From Syntrophaceae bacterium UBA6078 (GTDB taxonomy: Bacteria; Desulfobacterota; Syntrophia; Syntrophales; UBA2210): DNA of 64,000 nucleotides. The DNA lies in the NCBI GenBank assembly GCA_002428735.1, contig DIXO01000001.1:57580-121579 (forward strand). The letters are read 5' to 3'. A program made the translations under genes and the position numbers. Position 1 is the first letter of the stretch. Each line of letters opens with the position of its first letter. The notes below the pieces were generated by a model, which saw only the letters and a list, made by a program, of their open reading frames with translations, was not told where the DNA came from and did not search any database. Of this stretch, positions 30,483 to 40,117 are shown piece after piece.

Positions 30483-32012
30483 ATGGAGACCTTTGCACTG
30501 GCGGCGATCAGCCTCACGATTGCGGCTTCGCTGTTCATAAAAAGAACGAAACGGCCCCTCCATATCACGTTTGCCTCCCTGTGCCTCGGACTCTTTCTTG
30601 AAAAAACGGGGGTATTTTTCGGAGGGATCTTCCCCAATGGCTTCTGGAAGACACTGCACGTCCTGGGTCTTCTGGTGATACCTCCGCTGCTGATCGCCTT
30701 CAGCGTCATTTTCCTTGGTAACCACAGAGGGTATTCAAAAGGCCCGGCGGCATATGCGGGCATCGGAAGTCTGATCGCCGCCGCCCTATATTTTCCCTTC
30801 CTCTTCCACCGACCTTACGCCGTGGGTATTCTCTACCTCTACGTGGGAGCCACGCTGGCGTACTGTCTCGTCATGCTCTTTCAGGCGATACGCCATGCAC
30901 CCCGCAATGGGGAGCGTAAGAGGTTTATCTATGTGGCCGCAGCCTGCTCCGCCGCCGGCATCCTGAGTCTCACGGACATAGCACTCCGGTACCACCCCGG
31001 GGTCCCCCCCTTATCCGATATTTCACTGGCGTTTCTCATCTACTTCATCCTCGTCATCATTACCTATCCCCGCCTTCCGGAACTTCACGAAATAATGGTT
31101 CGGGCAGCCATCGTCTTCCTCCTGATGATTTTTGCAACGGTCACCTTTTATCTTGTCCTCGCCATGTTCGGAGACGGGGAGCATATCCCTCCGTTCAATC
31201 TGATATTCATGACGGCCTTCATCATCGTCATCTTTATAGACCCTGTTAAGCTGATTCTTAAGAAGGCGGGGATCTATCTCTTTCTCGAAGGGAAAGGATC
31301 GCTGAACTCCCTCTATACCATCGACGAAGAGATGGAGAGGGAGAAGGCTCTCCTCCTTGAAGAGATGGCGACCACCCTCGCGCACGAGATCCGCAATCCT
31401 CTCGGATCGATAAAAGGAGCCGCCCAGTACCTGAGATCGGACAGCGATTCAGAGGAGAATCGTGAACTCTTCAATGTCATTACCAGCGAAATCGACCGGC
31501 TGAACAATGTGGTCTCACGCTTCCTCAACTACGCGAAACCGGGGGCGATCAATCCCGATACCCGGAGTATGTCGGATATCCTGGAAAGAATTGTCACCCT
31601 GATCTCGTCACAGCATCTCGCTGAGGGGATCATCATCAAAAAGGACATCCCGCAGGACCTTCCCCCCGTCTGGGTTGACGGGGAACAGATGATGCAGGCG
31701 GTCCTGAATGTCACCCTGAACGCCGTGGAGGCCATGCCCACGGGGGGTACCCTGACCCTTTCGGCGAGGGTTGTGGATCCTGAAAGCGGCCCCTGGATCG
31801 AAATCGCCGTTGAGGATACGGGAGAGGGAATCGAGAAAAAAGCGATAAAACGTCTGTTCAAACCCTTTTATACAACCAAGGAAAAGGGCACAGGGATCGG
31901 CCTTGCCATCTCTCAGCAGATCGTCAAAGCCCACGGAGGGACTATCGACGTCACCTCCTCCCCGGGACGGGGATCGGTCTTTCACATACGGATACCGGTC
32001 CAAAGCCCATGA
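30483..32012 (+). CDS. Polytopic membrane sensor histidine kinase
   Basis: The ATG at 30483 (METFALAAISL) is followed by about 8-9 hydrophobic helices with short loops over ~270 aa. Then come the H-box LAHEIRNPLGSIKG and the ATPase N/G boxes (NAVEAM, EDTGEGI, GTGIGLAI). Confidence 0.88.
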   Translation: METFALAAISLTIAASLFIKRTKRPLHITFASLCLGLFLEKTGVFFGGIFPNGFWKTLHVLGLLVIPPLLIAFSVIFLGNHRGYSKGPAAYAGIGSLIAAALYFPFLFHRPYAVGILYLYVGATLAYCLVMLFQAIRHAPRNGERKRFIYVAAACSAAGILSLTDIALRYHPGVPPLSDISLAFLIYFILVIITYPRLPELHEIMVRAAIVFLLMIFATVTFYLVLAMFGDGEHIPPFNLIFMTAFIIVIFIDPVKLILKKAGIYLFLEGKGSLNSLYTIDEEMEREKALLLEEMATTLAHEIRNPLGSIKGAAQYLRSDSDSEENRELFNVITSEIDRLNNVVSRFLNYAKPGAINPDTRSMSDILERIVTLISSQHLAEGIIIKKDIPQDLPPVWVDGEQMMQAVLNVTLNAVEAMPTGGTLTLSARVVDPESGPWIEIAVEDTGEGIEKKAIKRLFKPFYTTKEKGTGIGLAISQQIVKAHGGTIDVTSSPGRGSVFHIRIPVQSP

Positions 32013-32105
32013 CTCTGCCGGTGAGACAAAGAGATTCCCGGACGCTTGACAGTATAACCATACTGTAATAGAACCGCACAGGAAACGATCCAGAGAACCG
32101 GTGGC

Positions 32106-33509
32106 ATGGGGCCAGACATGATCGGCGCAAAACCATTAGAAAAGAAGACCATATTGGTCGTCGACGATGAAAAGAGCATGCGGCTCGTTCTGTCCGCCAT
32201 GCTCAAAAAGGAAGGGTACGGAGTTGAGACTGCCGCCGACGGTTTCGAAGCCCTCGAGCTCATCAGGAGGAAGGATATCTCCGTCGTCGTCACCGATCTT
32301 AAGATGCCCCGTCTCGGCGGCATCGGCCTCTTGCGCCGGGTCATGGAAAAGCACCCCTCAGTGCCGGTCATCATCATCACAGCCCATGGCACCATAGAAA
32401 ACGCCGTCGAGGCCGTCAAGAAGGGGGCCTTCGACTATATTACCAAACCCTTCGATCAGGAAGACCTGAAAAACGTGATTGCCAAGGCGGTACAGACAAA
32501 ATCACTGAGCGACCGTGAGGTGGTCTTTGATTCCGTGGAGGGCGACCGCACCGTCCTCATAGGGACCAGCAAACCGATGCTGGATATATACGACATTATC
32601 AAAACGGTCGCGCCGACCCCGACTACCATTCTGATCACCGGAGAAACGGGGACGGGGAAAGAGCTCGTCGCCCGCGCGATTCATGAAAACAGTCCCCGAA
32701 GAGAAAATCCCTTTATCAAGATCAACTGCGCCGCCATCCCCGAAAACCTGATGGAAAGCGAACTGTTTGGATACGAGAAGGGGGCCTTCACCGGGGCCGT
32801 CCACAGAAAACCCGGAAGATTCGAACAGGCCAACACGGGAACACTGTTTCTCGATGAAATCGGCGATCTGCCGAAAGACATGCAGGCAAAGCTGCTCCGG
32901 ACGATCCAGGACCGGGAATTCGAACGGGTTGGCGGGGTACAGACCATCACGATCGACGTCAGACTGATCGCCGCCACGAACAGAGATCTTCTCCAGGATG
33001 TTCTGGACAAACGGTTCCGGGAAGATCTCTACTACCGGATCAATGTCATGCCCATCATTCTGCCGCCATTGCGGGACAGAAAGAATGACATCCCGCTCCT
33101 CCTGAATCACTTCATGGATAAATTCAACAGGAAACTGGACCGACACGTACGATGGATAGAACCGGAGGCTGAGCGGTTCTTTTGCGAATACAACTGGCCC
33201 GGGAATATCAGAGAGATGGAGAATCTCCTTGAGAGGCTCATTCTCCTTACGAGCGACGACACCATCCGCTACGACGCGCTCCCCGTCGAAATTCTGAACC
33301 AGCTCACTCTTGAGACGGTCGGGCCGGACGTAACCAGAGGCTCCATCAAAGAGATCGTCAGAAGCCGGGCCGAAGCGGCGGAGAGTCATATTATCGCGCG
33401 GGTTCTCGAACAGTGCGGTAAGAACGTAACCCGGGCGGCCGAGCGGCTGGGGATCAGCCGCAAGGGGCTGCAGCTGAAAATGATCAAGTACGGCTTGAGG
33501 AAACAATAA
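32106..33509 (+). CDS. Sigma-54-dependent response regulator (NtrC family)
   Basis: 467-aa ORF with a REC domain (ILVVDDE...VVTDLKMP), AAA+ Walker A GETGTGKE, the GAFTGA sigma-54 contact motif and a C-terminal HTH (NVTRAAERLGISRKGL). Confidence 0.92.
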   Translation: MGPDMIGAKPLEKKTILVVDDEKSMRLVLSAMLKKEGYGVETAADGFEALELIRRKDISVVVTDLKMPRLGGIGLLRRVMEKHPSVPVIIITAHGTIENAVEAVKKGAFDYITKPFDQEDLKNVIAKAVQTKSLSDREVVFDSVEGDRTVLIGTSKPMLDIYDIIKTVAPTPTTILITGETGTGKELVARAIHENSPRRENPFIKINCAAIPENLMESELFGYEKGAFTGAVHRKPGRFEQANTGTLFLDEIGDLPKDMQAKLLRTIQDREFERVGGVQTITIDVRLIAATNRDLLQDVLDKRFREDLYYRINVMPIILPPLRDRKNDIPLLLNHFMDKFNRKLDRHVRWIEPEAERFFCEYNWPGNIREMENLLERLILLTSDDTIRYDALPVEILNQLTLETVGPDVTRGSIKEIVRSRAEAAESHIIARVLEQCGKNVTRAAERLGISRKGLQLKMIKYGLRKQ

Positions 33510-33542
33510 AATTCACATATCACATAGCTGGAGGTTCACATC

Positions 33543-34550
33543 ATGTCTGTTACGGTAGCTATCAACGGTTTTGGAAGAATTGGCAGATACCTCGTCAGGA
33601 CCTGCCTGGACAGAGACGACATCACGATCGTCGCGATCAATACGCGGGCTGATACGGGCACCCTTGCCCATCTGCTGAAATATGATTCCGTTCACGGGAA
33701 AATCAATGCGCATGTCGCGGCGGAGGGGGAATTTCTGATCGTTGGAGGCAGGAAAATACGGGTAACCAATGCAACCGGGAATATGGAGACTCTCCCCTGG
33801 AAGGAACTGGGTGTCGATATCGTCATGGAATCAACGGGGAAATTCCGGTCGCGCGATGAGGCGGCCGTGCATCTCAGGGCCGGCGCGAAGAAGGTGATCC
33901 TCGCGGCCCCGGGGAAGGGGGTCGACGGCACCTTTGTGATGGGGGTCAATGAGACCACATATGATCCACGGAAACACGATGTCATCTCAAATGCGTCCTG
34001 CACGACCAACTGCCTTGCCCCGGTCGCCATGGTCCTGCACAACACCTTCTCCATCGTCAAGGGGCTGATGACAACCGTTCATTCCTATACGATGGATCAG
34101 AGGCTCCTTGACGGGTCCCACAAGGATCTGCGACGGGCCCGGGCCGCCGCCATGTCCATCGTCCCCACCTCCACGGGGGCTGCCAAAGCTGTGGCCGAGG
34201 TCATCCCCTCGCTCAAGGGGAAACTGGACGGCTTGGCGCTGCGGGTCCCCACGCCGAATGTCTCCCTCGTCGATCTGACCGTGGAGGTGGAGAAGGCAAC
34301 CACCGCGGAAGAGGTCAACGCGGCGCTGAAGGCGGCTTCAGAGGGAAAGCTGAAAGGTATCATGGCATTCTGCGAAGAGGAACTCGTCTCCGTCGATTTC
34401 ACCAGCGATCCCCACTCATCCCTGGTGGATGCGCCGTTGACAAAGGTAATCGATAAAACCCTCGTCAAGGTCTTCTCATGGTATGATAACGAGAGCGGGT
34501 ACGCCTGCAGAATGAGAGACCTTGCCCTGTATATCGGCAATAACCTGTAA
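33543..34550 (+). CDS. gap: Glyceraldehyde-3-phosphate dehydrogenase
   Basis: 335-aa ORF with INGFGRIGR and the active site SNASCTTNCLAP. Confidence 0.95.
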   Translation: MSVTVAINGFGRIGRYLVRTCLDRDDITIVAINTRADTGTLAHLLKYDSVHGKINAHVAAEGEFLIVGGRKIRVTNATGNMETLPWKELGVDIVMESTGKFRSRDEAAVHLRAGAKKVILAAPGKGVDGTFVMGVNETTYDPRKHDVISNASCTTNCLAPVAMVLHNTFSIVKGLMTTVHSYTMDQRLLDGSHKDLRRARAAAMSIVPTSTGAAKAVAEVIPSLKGKLDGLALRVPTPNVSLVDLTVEVEKATTAEEVNAALKAASEGKLKGIMAFCEEELVSVDFTSDPHSSLVDAPLTKVIDKTLVKVFSWYDNESGYACRMRDLALYIGNNL

Positions 34551-34569
34551 CAGGGCGGGAACAGACATC

Positions 34570-35319
34570 ATGATACGACCGATGGTAGCGGCCAACTGGA
34601 AAATGCACAAAACCGTCCCCGAGGCGGTCGCCCTGGCAAAACGGTTGAGGGACGCATTTCCCGAACCGGGGGACCGGGATATCGTCATCGCCCCTCCCTT
34701 TACTGCCCTCGGCCCTGTGAGCGCGATTCTGAAGGGGAGCCCCGTGCGGCTGTCAGCCCAGAACATGCACTGGGAGACAAATGGGGCCTACACCGGTGAG
34801 ATCTCCTCCGTCATGCTCATCGACGCCGGGTGTGAGTTCGTCATCCTGGGTCACTCCGAACGGCGCACTCTCTTCGGAGAAAGCGGCGAGATGGTGAACC
34901 GGAAGGTGCGCACGGCGGTCCAGGCCGGGCTGAAGCCCATATTCTGCATCGGAGAGACCCTGGAACAGCGGCAATCCGGAGCAACCTTCGCGGTCCTTGA
35001 AGGGCAGATAAAAGAAGGATTGAATAATATAGATTCTGGTGATATAAGGCGGGTCACTTTCGCCTACGAGCCTGTCTGGGCGATCGGCACCGGTGAGACG
35101 GCAACGCCCGACCAGGCACAGGAAGCACACCGTTTCATCCGCAAAAGATTGACTTCCCTCTACGGTGAGGAAATCGCCTCCCGGGTGGTCATCATGTACG
35201 GAGGGAGCGTGAATCCCGAAAATGTGCGAAGCCTCATGGAGCAGCCGGATATCAACGGCGCCTTGGTAGGCGGGGCGAGCCTCGAATTTGAATCGTTCGC
35301 CGGAATCATACGATTTTAG
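34570..35319 (+). CDS. tpiA: Triosephosphate isomerase
   Basis: The ATG at 34570 gives MIRPMVAANWKMHK; also GHSERR and AYEPVWAIGTG. The track ORF's upstream extension overlaps gap. Confidence 0.93.
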   Translation: MIRPMVAANWKMHKTVPEAVALAKRLRDAFPEPGDRDIVIAPPFTALGPVSAILKGSPVRLSAQNMHWETNGAYTGEISSVMLIDAGCEFVILGHSERRTLFGESGEMVNRKVRTAVQAGLKPIFCIGETLEQRQSGATFAVLEGQIKEGLNNIDSGDIRRVTFAYEPVWAIGTGETATPDQAQEAHRFIRKRLTSLYGEEIASRVVIMYGGSVNPENVRSLMEQPDINGALVGGASLEFESFAGIIRF

Positions 35320-35342
35320 AAGGATAAGGAGATAAACACACA

Positions 35343-35705
35343 GTGCATACGGCCATAGTAGTCTTTCACATTATAATCTGCATAGGGATGATCCTCGTTG
35401 TTTTGCTGCAGACCGGCAAGGGGGCTGACATGGGAGCGGCCTTCGGCGGCTCCAGCCAGACCGTCTTCGGGAGCAGTGGACCGGGAACGTTCCTCGGGAA
35501 AGTGACAACCGGTATCGCGATATTCTTCATGCTCACGTCTCTCTGGCTCGCGTATTCTTCGACCCATAAGACCAGCGGCTCGATCATGGAAGGGGTCTCC
35601 GTGCCCGGGGTCGAAAGCACCATCCCGGCAGGTGATGAAACCAAACCTGCGGCCGGCGGAGACACGATCCCCGCTCCGGAAGCGGCAAAAGACAAGACCA
35701 ATTGA
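35343..35705 (+). CDS. secG: Preprotein translocase subunit SecG
   Basis: 120-aa ORF with ...ILVVLLQTGKGADMGAAFGGSSQTVFGSSG...; two TM helices. It lies downstream of tpiA and upstream of tRNA-Leu, as in many bacteria. Confidence 0.88.
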   Translation: MHTAIVVFHIIICIGMILVVLLQTGKGADMGAAFGGSSQTVFGSSGPGTFLGKVTTGIAIFFMLTSLWLAYSSTHKTSGSIMEGVSVPGVESTIPAGDETKPAAGGDTIPAPEAAKDKTN

Positions 35706-35752
35706 TTTTTATGTTGACAAAAGAGCGGAAAAAAACTAGGTTCCGGCGGAAT

Positions 35753-35839
35753 GCCGAAGTGGTGGAACATGGTAGACACGCTATCTTGAGGGGGTAGTGG
35801 CTTACGGCCGTCCGGGTTCAAGTCCCGGCTTCGGCACCA
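35753..35839 (+). tRNA. tRNA-Leu (anticodon GAG)
   Basis: Class II cloverleaf GCCGAAG...CTATC-TTGAGGG-GGTAG with a long variable arm, then CCGGG-TTCAAGT-CCCGG, CTTCGGC-A-CCA. Confidence 0.9.
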
Positions 35840-35847
35840 TCGATACG

Positions 35848-35888
35848 CAAAGGGGTTGGCTTTATTATAAAGCCGACCCCTTTTCATT
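35848..35888 (+). terminator. Rho-independent terminator after tRNA-Leu
   Basis: AAAGGGGTTGGCTTTA / TAAAGCCGACCCCTTT forms a 16-bp stem (one G-T pair) with a TTA loop, followed by TTTTCATTT. Confidence 0.75.
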
Positions 35889-36127
35889 TGGTTCTACCGG
35901 TGGTTTATGGATCATAACCATCCAGTACCAGTAAGGTACCAGCTAAAAAGAGAAAAAACCGCGCAAAAGAAACTCTGCAACTCGACATATTGAGAACTTC
36001 CTTTTACGACTATATCGGATTTTCCACCTACCTTTCATTTATTGACATGACTGGATTTTTGGAGCATTTACTGTGCAGTCCTTGTCAAAACAAAAAAATT
36101 GTCAAGACTGCCTTACCATGTTTCATT

Positions 36128-38137
36128 TCAAATATTCCTGGCTACTTCATAAGCATCCCAGATGGCAGACATAATGTTTCGGGGTTGTTTAGCGTCTCCG
36201 ATAAGATAAATATCGGGTATTGTGCTCTTAAGGGATTCGAAAAGTTTCTGCTCCGGTTTAAGCCCGACTGCCAGTATCACATTGCCGGCGGGAAGTCTGC
36301 TTCTGCGAAAAGAGGTATCAATCAATTCGACCTCATCTGACAATACCGCTAACAGGCTGGTATGGGTGAGTATTTTTACCTTATGAAATTTCAAGAGGTC
36401 AAGGAGCATGATCTTGTTGGCATGCGGCACCGGGATGCCGCCGCTCATAAGGCTCTGTAACATTTCCACTATAGTAACCGTACGCCCCTGCTGAGCAAGC
36501 CAAAGAGCGGTTTCACAACCAGTGAGACCGCCTCCGATAACAACACTTGGGTCTTTGATCTGCTTTTTACCCAGAAGAATATCGGTTGCTGTAACAACCG
36601 TTTCCTCACGGATGCCCTGAACATCAGAAAAGGCTGGCTGTGACCCTGTCGCGATTATTACCGTATCAGGCTTTTCTTTCATGATAACATCAGGAGACGC
36701 TTCTTTATTCAAAAAGATTTCAGTATTCATATCAGCCAGATCAATCTCGTACCATCTGAGGAGTCGAGCCACATCTTTTTTAAATGCCGGCACGGACGCT
36801 TCCAAAAGATGGCCACCTAATTTGTCACTTTTTTCATACAGAGATACCTGATGACCTCTCATGGTGGCAACCCTGGCCGCTTCCATTCCTGCAACACCGC
36901 CGCCAATAACCATTACCCTTTTTATTTCGTTCGTTTGCTGAATGGCATATTCCTTTTCCCTTCCACATGACGGATTCACCGCACACGAGAGCGGTCTCCC
37001 CAAACCCATTCTTCCCAAACACCCATCATGGCAAGCAAGACACGGGCGTATCTTCTCCGTTTTCCCTCCAAGCACCTTGTTAACCCAGTGCGGTTCAGTC
37101 AACAGTCCGCGCCCTAAGGCCACCATATCTGCCTTATCTTCTGCCAAGGCTTTTTCTGCCAGCTCCGGCAGTTCCATCCTTCCAGCCGCAATGACCGGAA
37201 CCTTCACCACTTTCTTGAGTTGTTCGGTGAGGGGGAGATAACACCCGTGTTCCTGATAGAGCGGTGGATGGGCCCAATACCATGCATCATAAGACCCGGC
37301 ATCAGCATTAAAGGCATCGTAACCGGCCTCTTCAAGAATCCTTGCCGCCTTCAATCCTTCTTCCGTATCCCGGCCACATTCTTTGAATTCCTCCCCGGGC
37401 AGGCCACCCTGCCCCCAATCCTTAATATAACTCTTAACGCTATATCTCAGTTGAACCGGGAAACCCGGCCCCACCTTTTTCTTGATTTCTTTAACAATCT
37501 CGGTAGCCAGCGTTAATCGTCCCTTTAAATCACCCCCATATTTATCGGTTCTTCTATTGAACATGGCGATTGCGAACTGATCAATAAGATAGCCCTCATG
37601 CACCGCATGGATTTCCACCCCATCGAAACCAGCGGTAACGGCTATCCTGGCCGCCTTTCCGAAAGCCGCCACCAGACTCTCGACTTCTTCGGTTGTAAGC
37701 TCTTTACAGGTAATCGTTGGATCCCAATAATTCGGAATCGCGGAAGGCGCTACGGATCGAGTCAGGTAGCGAGTTGGATTGCCAACGCGGCCATGACCGG
37801 CCGTCAGCTGTAGAAAAATCTTCGCGCCGTAAGCATGCACACTCTCTGTCAGTTCAGAAGCCGTTTGAATAAAATGCCCCGGATTCACCGATATAAATGG
37901 TATCGAGGGGATTTGGCGTTTTTCGATTTCGTTTTCAACCTTGGTCAATGAAGTGATTATGAGACCTGTGCCTCCCCTGGCTCGCTCTACGTAATAATCG
38001 ATCGCCCTCTGAGCAAACGCCCCCTCAAGAGTGCATAACCCGCTAATTCCCATGGGAGCCATGGCAATGCGGTTCTTGATTTCCACCTTTCCTATTGTGA
38101 TAGGCTCAAAAATTTTTGAGAATTGACTTTTGACCAT
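36128..38137 (-). CDS. FMN/FAD/[4Fe-4S] oxidoreductase of the old-yellow-enzyme / 2,4-dienoyl-CoA reductase (FadH) type
   Basis: About 669 aa from the ATG at 38137, with GGAGGTG 8 nt upstream. It has an N-terminal OYE TIM-barrel (NRIAMAPM..., HAVHEGYLIDQF), a Cys cluster (RPCLACHDGCLGR...SCAVNPSCG) and two dinucleotide folds (VIGGGVAGMEAA, VIGGGLTGCETA). Substrate is unknown. Confidence 0.85.
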   Translation of the reverse strand: MVKSQFSKIFEPITIGKVEIKNRIAMAPMGISGLCTLEGAFAQRAIDYYVERARGGTGLIITSLTKVENEIEKRQIPSIPFISVNPGHFIQTASELTESVHAYGAKIFLQLTAGHGRVGNPTRYLTRSVAPSAIPNYWDPTITCKELTTEEVESLVAAFGKAARIAVTAGFDGVEIHAVHEGYLIDQFAIAMFNRRTDKYGGDLKGRLTLATEIVKEIKKKVGPGFPVQLRYSVKSYIKDWGQGGLPGEEFKECGRDTEEGLKAARILEEAGYDAFNADAGSYDAWYWAHPPLYQEHGCYLPLTEQLKKVVKVPVIAAGRMELPELAEKALAEDKADMVALGRGLLTEPHWVNKVLGGKTEKIRPCLACHDGCLGRMGLGRPLSCAVNPSCGREKEYAIQQTNEIKRVMVIGGGVAGMEAARVATMRGHQVSLYEKSDKLGGHLLEASVPAFKKDVARLLRWYEIDLADMNTEIFLNKEASPDVIMKEKPDTVIIATGSQPAFSDVQGIREETVVTATDILLGKKQIKDPSVVIGGGLTGCETALWLAQQGRTVTIVEMLQSLMSGGIPVPHANKIMLLDLLKFHKVKILTHTSLLAVLSDEVELIDTSFRRSRLPAGNVILAVGLKPEQKLFESLKSTIPDIYLIGDAKQPRNIMSAIWDAYEVARNI

Positions 38138-38248
38138 ATACCTGGCACCTCCATAGTTTATATTTATATATCTCCTACAAATGCTGGCCTTCTGCAATTA
38201 CTGCCGTGCTGTGCGAAGCTAATCTAAAATCTGGCGCCTCTGATGCTC

Positions 38249-38277
38249 AGATTATCGCCTCATCTCCAGTTCGTCAA
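38249..38277 (-). promoter_or_regulatory. Possible sigma-70 promoter of the OYE/FadH-like gene
   Basis: The minus strand reads TTGACG (38277-38272), then 17 nt, then TAATCT (38254-38249). It lies about 110 nt upstream of the ATG at 38137. Confidence 0.3.
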
Positions 38278-38362
38278 TCCCTATGTTCCAGCCCTATATT
38301 CCTGCGACCATACAACGCTTTCATTTTACTGTATCTTAGATATGTTTTAAAAAAAGTCGTCA

Positions 38363-40114
38363 TTATTGCCCCGTTTGATGAATTCTCTTCGACGGATCGT
38401 TTCGCTTAAGCTCTCTCAGGGAACGCGCCGTCATCCCCAGTGATCGATCGTATTCTTCCAGCGCCGAGGCGATATGGTCAGCCACTTCCTCCCACAGATC
38501 GCCCAGATCTCTCACGAACGAATTTATTATTTCGTTCGTTTTTCGCTCGATAACAGCTTGATATCGGCGATAAAACCAGAGGCCGGCGAACAGGTTTATC
38601 AGGGCGTAGCTCCCCAGCGCCGCGAGACCGGCGGGGCTGAAAAGGTTGTAAAAGGCGGTGAAAGTAAAATTCAAAAGGGAAGGCAGTGACCGGTTCGCGT
38701 AAAGATCCTGCCATGATTCCTTCCCTGCGAGGGCAAAAATGAGAGTGGCCAGGAGAAAGAGATACACGAGATACTGACCTGAGCGAAAGATGATATGCGA
38801 GCCACGGCGCGCCGATGCAAACCGGCTGGCGACCTCCCCCTCGATCTTCTCTTCCAGGCGTGCCATGTACCGCTCCGGGTTCACTCTTTGGTCAACCTGT
38901 TCGGTCATTGCCGGATTCGCCCCTTTTCGCATGAGGCCGCTCATGATGGTATTGGTGAGGTACTCGATCCGCCGCTGAAAGACCTGTGCCGTTCGCCCAG
39001 CGGCGATGCCGAGTGATTCCGCTTCTTCCGTTTCGTCCTTGGGCTGTCTCTGAAATTTCCAGCGCTGCATGAAAGTCGCCACGCCATAGCCGGGACCGGC
39101 CAGGAGCGAACTGTCCTCTACCTGCAAACGCACTTCGGCCCGGACATTCTCATCCATAACGGCATGCACCGCCTCTTGAAGGAACGACCGGTCTTCAGCA
39201 ATTCCTTCCCTGATTCGTGCCATGGTCCCGGTCAGGATATCGTGCATGGCTTCGAGGTGCACAAGTTCGTTTTCAAAGCGTTCAAGATAACGGGCGTATT
39301 CTCTGTCCAGGTTTCCGGTCTTGATCGCCTGTATCTCCTTCACGTCTCTCCGGCGGAAGATCTCCTGGCGCAGCAACGGAAATTGGTTCCAGGAAGAGAG
39401 GACAGATTCGTTGAAGGCCTCGGCCGCGGAGAGGATATAGATGGCCGGATCGGCAATATCGACCTTTCTCAGATGGCCCTGGAAATCGACAGATACCCGC
39501 CGCATCTCTTCGAATCCCTCCTCCGCGCTCCTGCCGTCAAAGAACAGGTCCGCCTTGTTGACAGCGAAATAGAAATTATGCTCCGATTTGGGCGCCAGTT
39601 TCAGAAATTCATAAAACGTGCCGTCTCCGTATTTTTCGGGAGAGGTTAGCCAGATGAGAACATCCACGTTCTCCATAAATCCCAGCACCTGCCGCCTGTG
39701 CCCGGCCAGGAGACTGTCATAATCGGGAAGGTCGCACAGGATGATCTGCCGCACCGCATCCCGGGTATGGGTGAACTCCCGCCAGACCATCTCCGGATCG
39801 GGAGCAAAAGGGGGCGGCGCCTCGCCGTGGCGGTATATGAGTATCGCGTCGGTGTGCGGCCTGCGGTGGCTCGCAGACGAGATCGCGGCTCCGGCAAGGG
39901 CGTTCATGAGGGTTGACTTTCCCACACCGGTCCCCCCCAGTAATCCGATCACCAGACAGCTCCGGGCTAGGGCATCGAGCTTGTCGAGAAGCGCCCGTCC
40001 CTCTTCCGCGATGCGCTGCCCCTCGTCTCTCGAGAGGGTAAAAAGATCCCCCTTTCGGGCAATCTCTTGGGCTTTCAGGATGTCATCGCGCAGCCGTGCG
40101 GAGGAATCGTCCAT
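38363..40114 (-). CDS. Large P-loop GTPase, paralogue 2 (dynamin-like/HSR1-like, C-terminal hydrophobic hairpins)
   Basis: 583-aa ORF with G1 GGTGVGKST, a G3-position ILCDLPDYDS and G4 NKAD. A long helical middle region follows. Hydrophobic segments (YLVYLFLLATLIFALAG; LAALGSYALINLFAGLWFY) lie near the C-terminus. The ATG at 40114 is 3 nt after the upstream stop. Confidence 0.75.
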   Translation of the reverse strand: MDDSSARLRDDILKAQEIARKGDLFTLSRDEGQRIAEEGRALLDKLDALARSCLVIGLLGGTGVGKSTLMNALAGAAISSASHRRPHTDAILIYRHGEAPPPFAPDPEMVWREFTHTRDAVRQIILCDLPDYDSLLAGHRRQVLGFMENVDVLIWLTSPEKYGDGTFYEFLKLAPKSEHNFYFAVNKADLFFDGRSAEEGFEEMRRVSVDFQGHLRKVDIADPAIYILSAAEAFNESVLSSWNQFPLLRQEIFRRRDVKEIQAIKTGNLDREYARYLERFENELVHLEAMHDILTGTMARIREGIAEDRSFLQEAVHAVMDENVRAEVRLQVEDSSLLAGPGYGVATFMQRWKFQRQPKDETEEAESLGIAAGRTAQVFQRRIEYLTNTIMSGLMRKGANPAMTEQVDQRVNPERYMARLEEKIEGEVASRFASARRGSHIIFRSGQYLVYLFLLATLIFALAGKESWQDLYANRSLPSLLNFTFTAFYNLFSPAGLAALGSYALINLFAGLWFYRRYQAVIERKTNEIINSFVRDLGDLWEEVADHIASALEEYDRSLGMTARSLRELKRNDPSKRIHQTGQ

Positions 40115-40117
40115 GAC

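Noticed and set aside
30234-30763. Minus-strand ORFs of 163 and 168 aa span the fabD/kinase divergent region.
   Set aside because: They overlap the regulatory region and the 5' part of the histidine kinase gene on the opposite strand. They show no motifs and have an atypical Arg/Cys-rich composition.
35990-36340. A 116-aa plus-strand ORF at the left edge of the low-GC island, and a 67-aa ORF at 38206-38409.
   Set aside because: The first overlaps the 3' end of the OYE/FadH-like gene on the opposite strand, and neither has an RBS or motif. In AT-richer DNA such ORFs are less expected, but these are short and have odd composition, so they are not supported.
35753-38362. Integrative element or prophage remnant at tRNA-Leu.
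   Set aside because: No integrase, transposase or phage-like ORF is present, and I could find no direct repeat of the tRNA 3' end at the far boundary. Only the compositional anomaly is reported as a finding.
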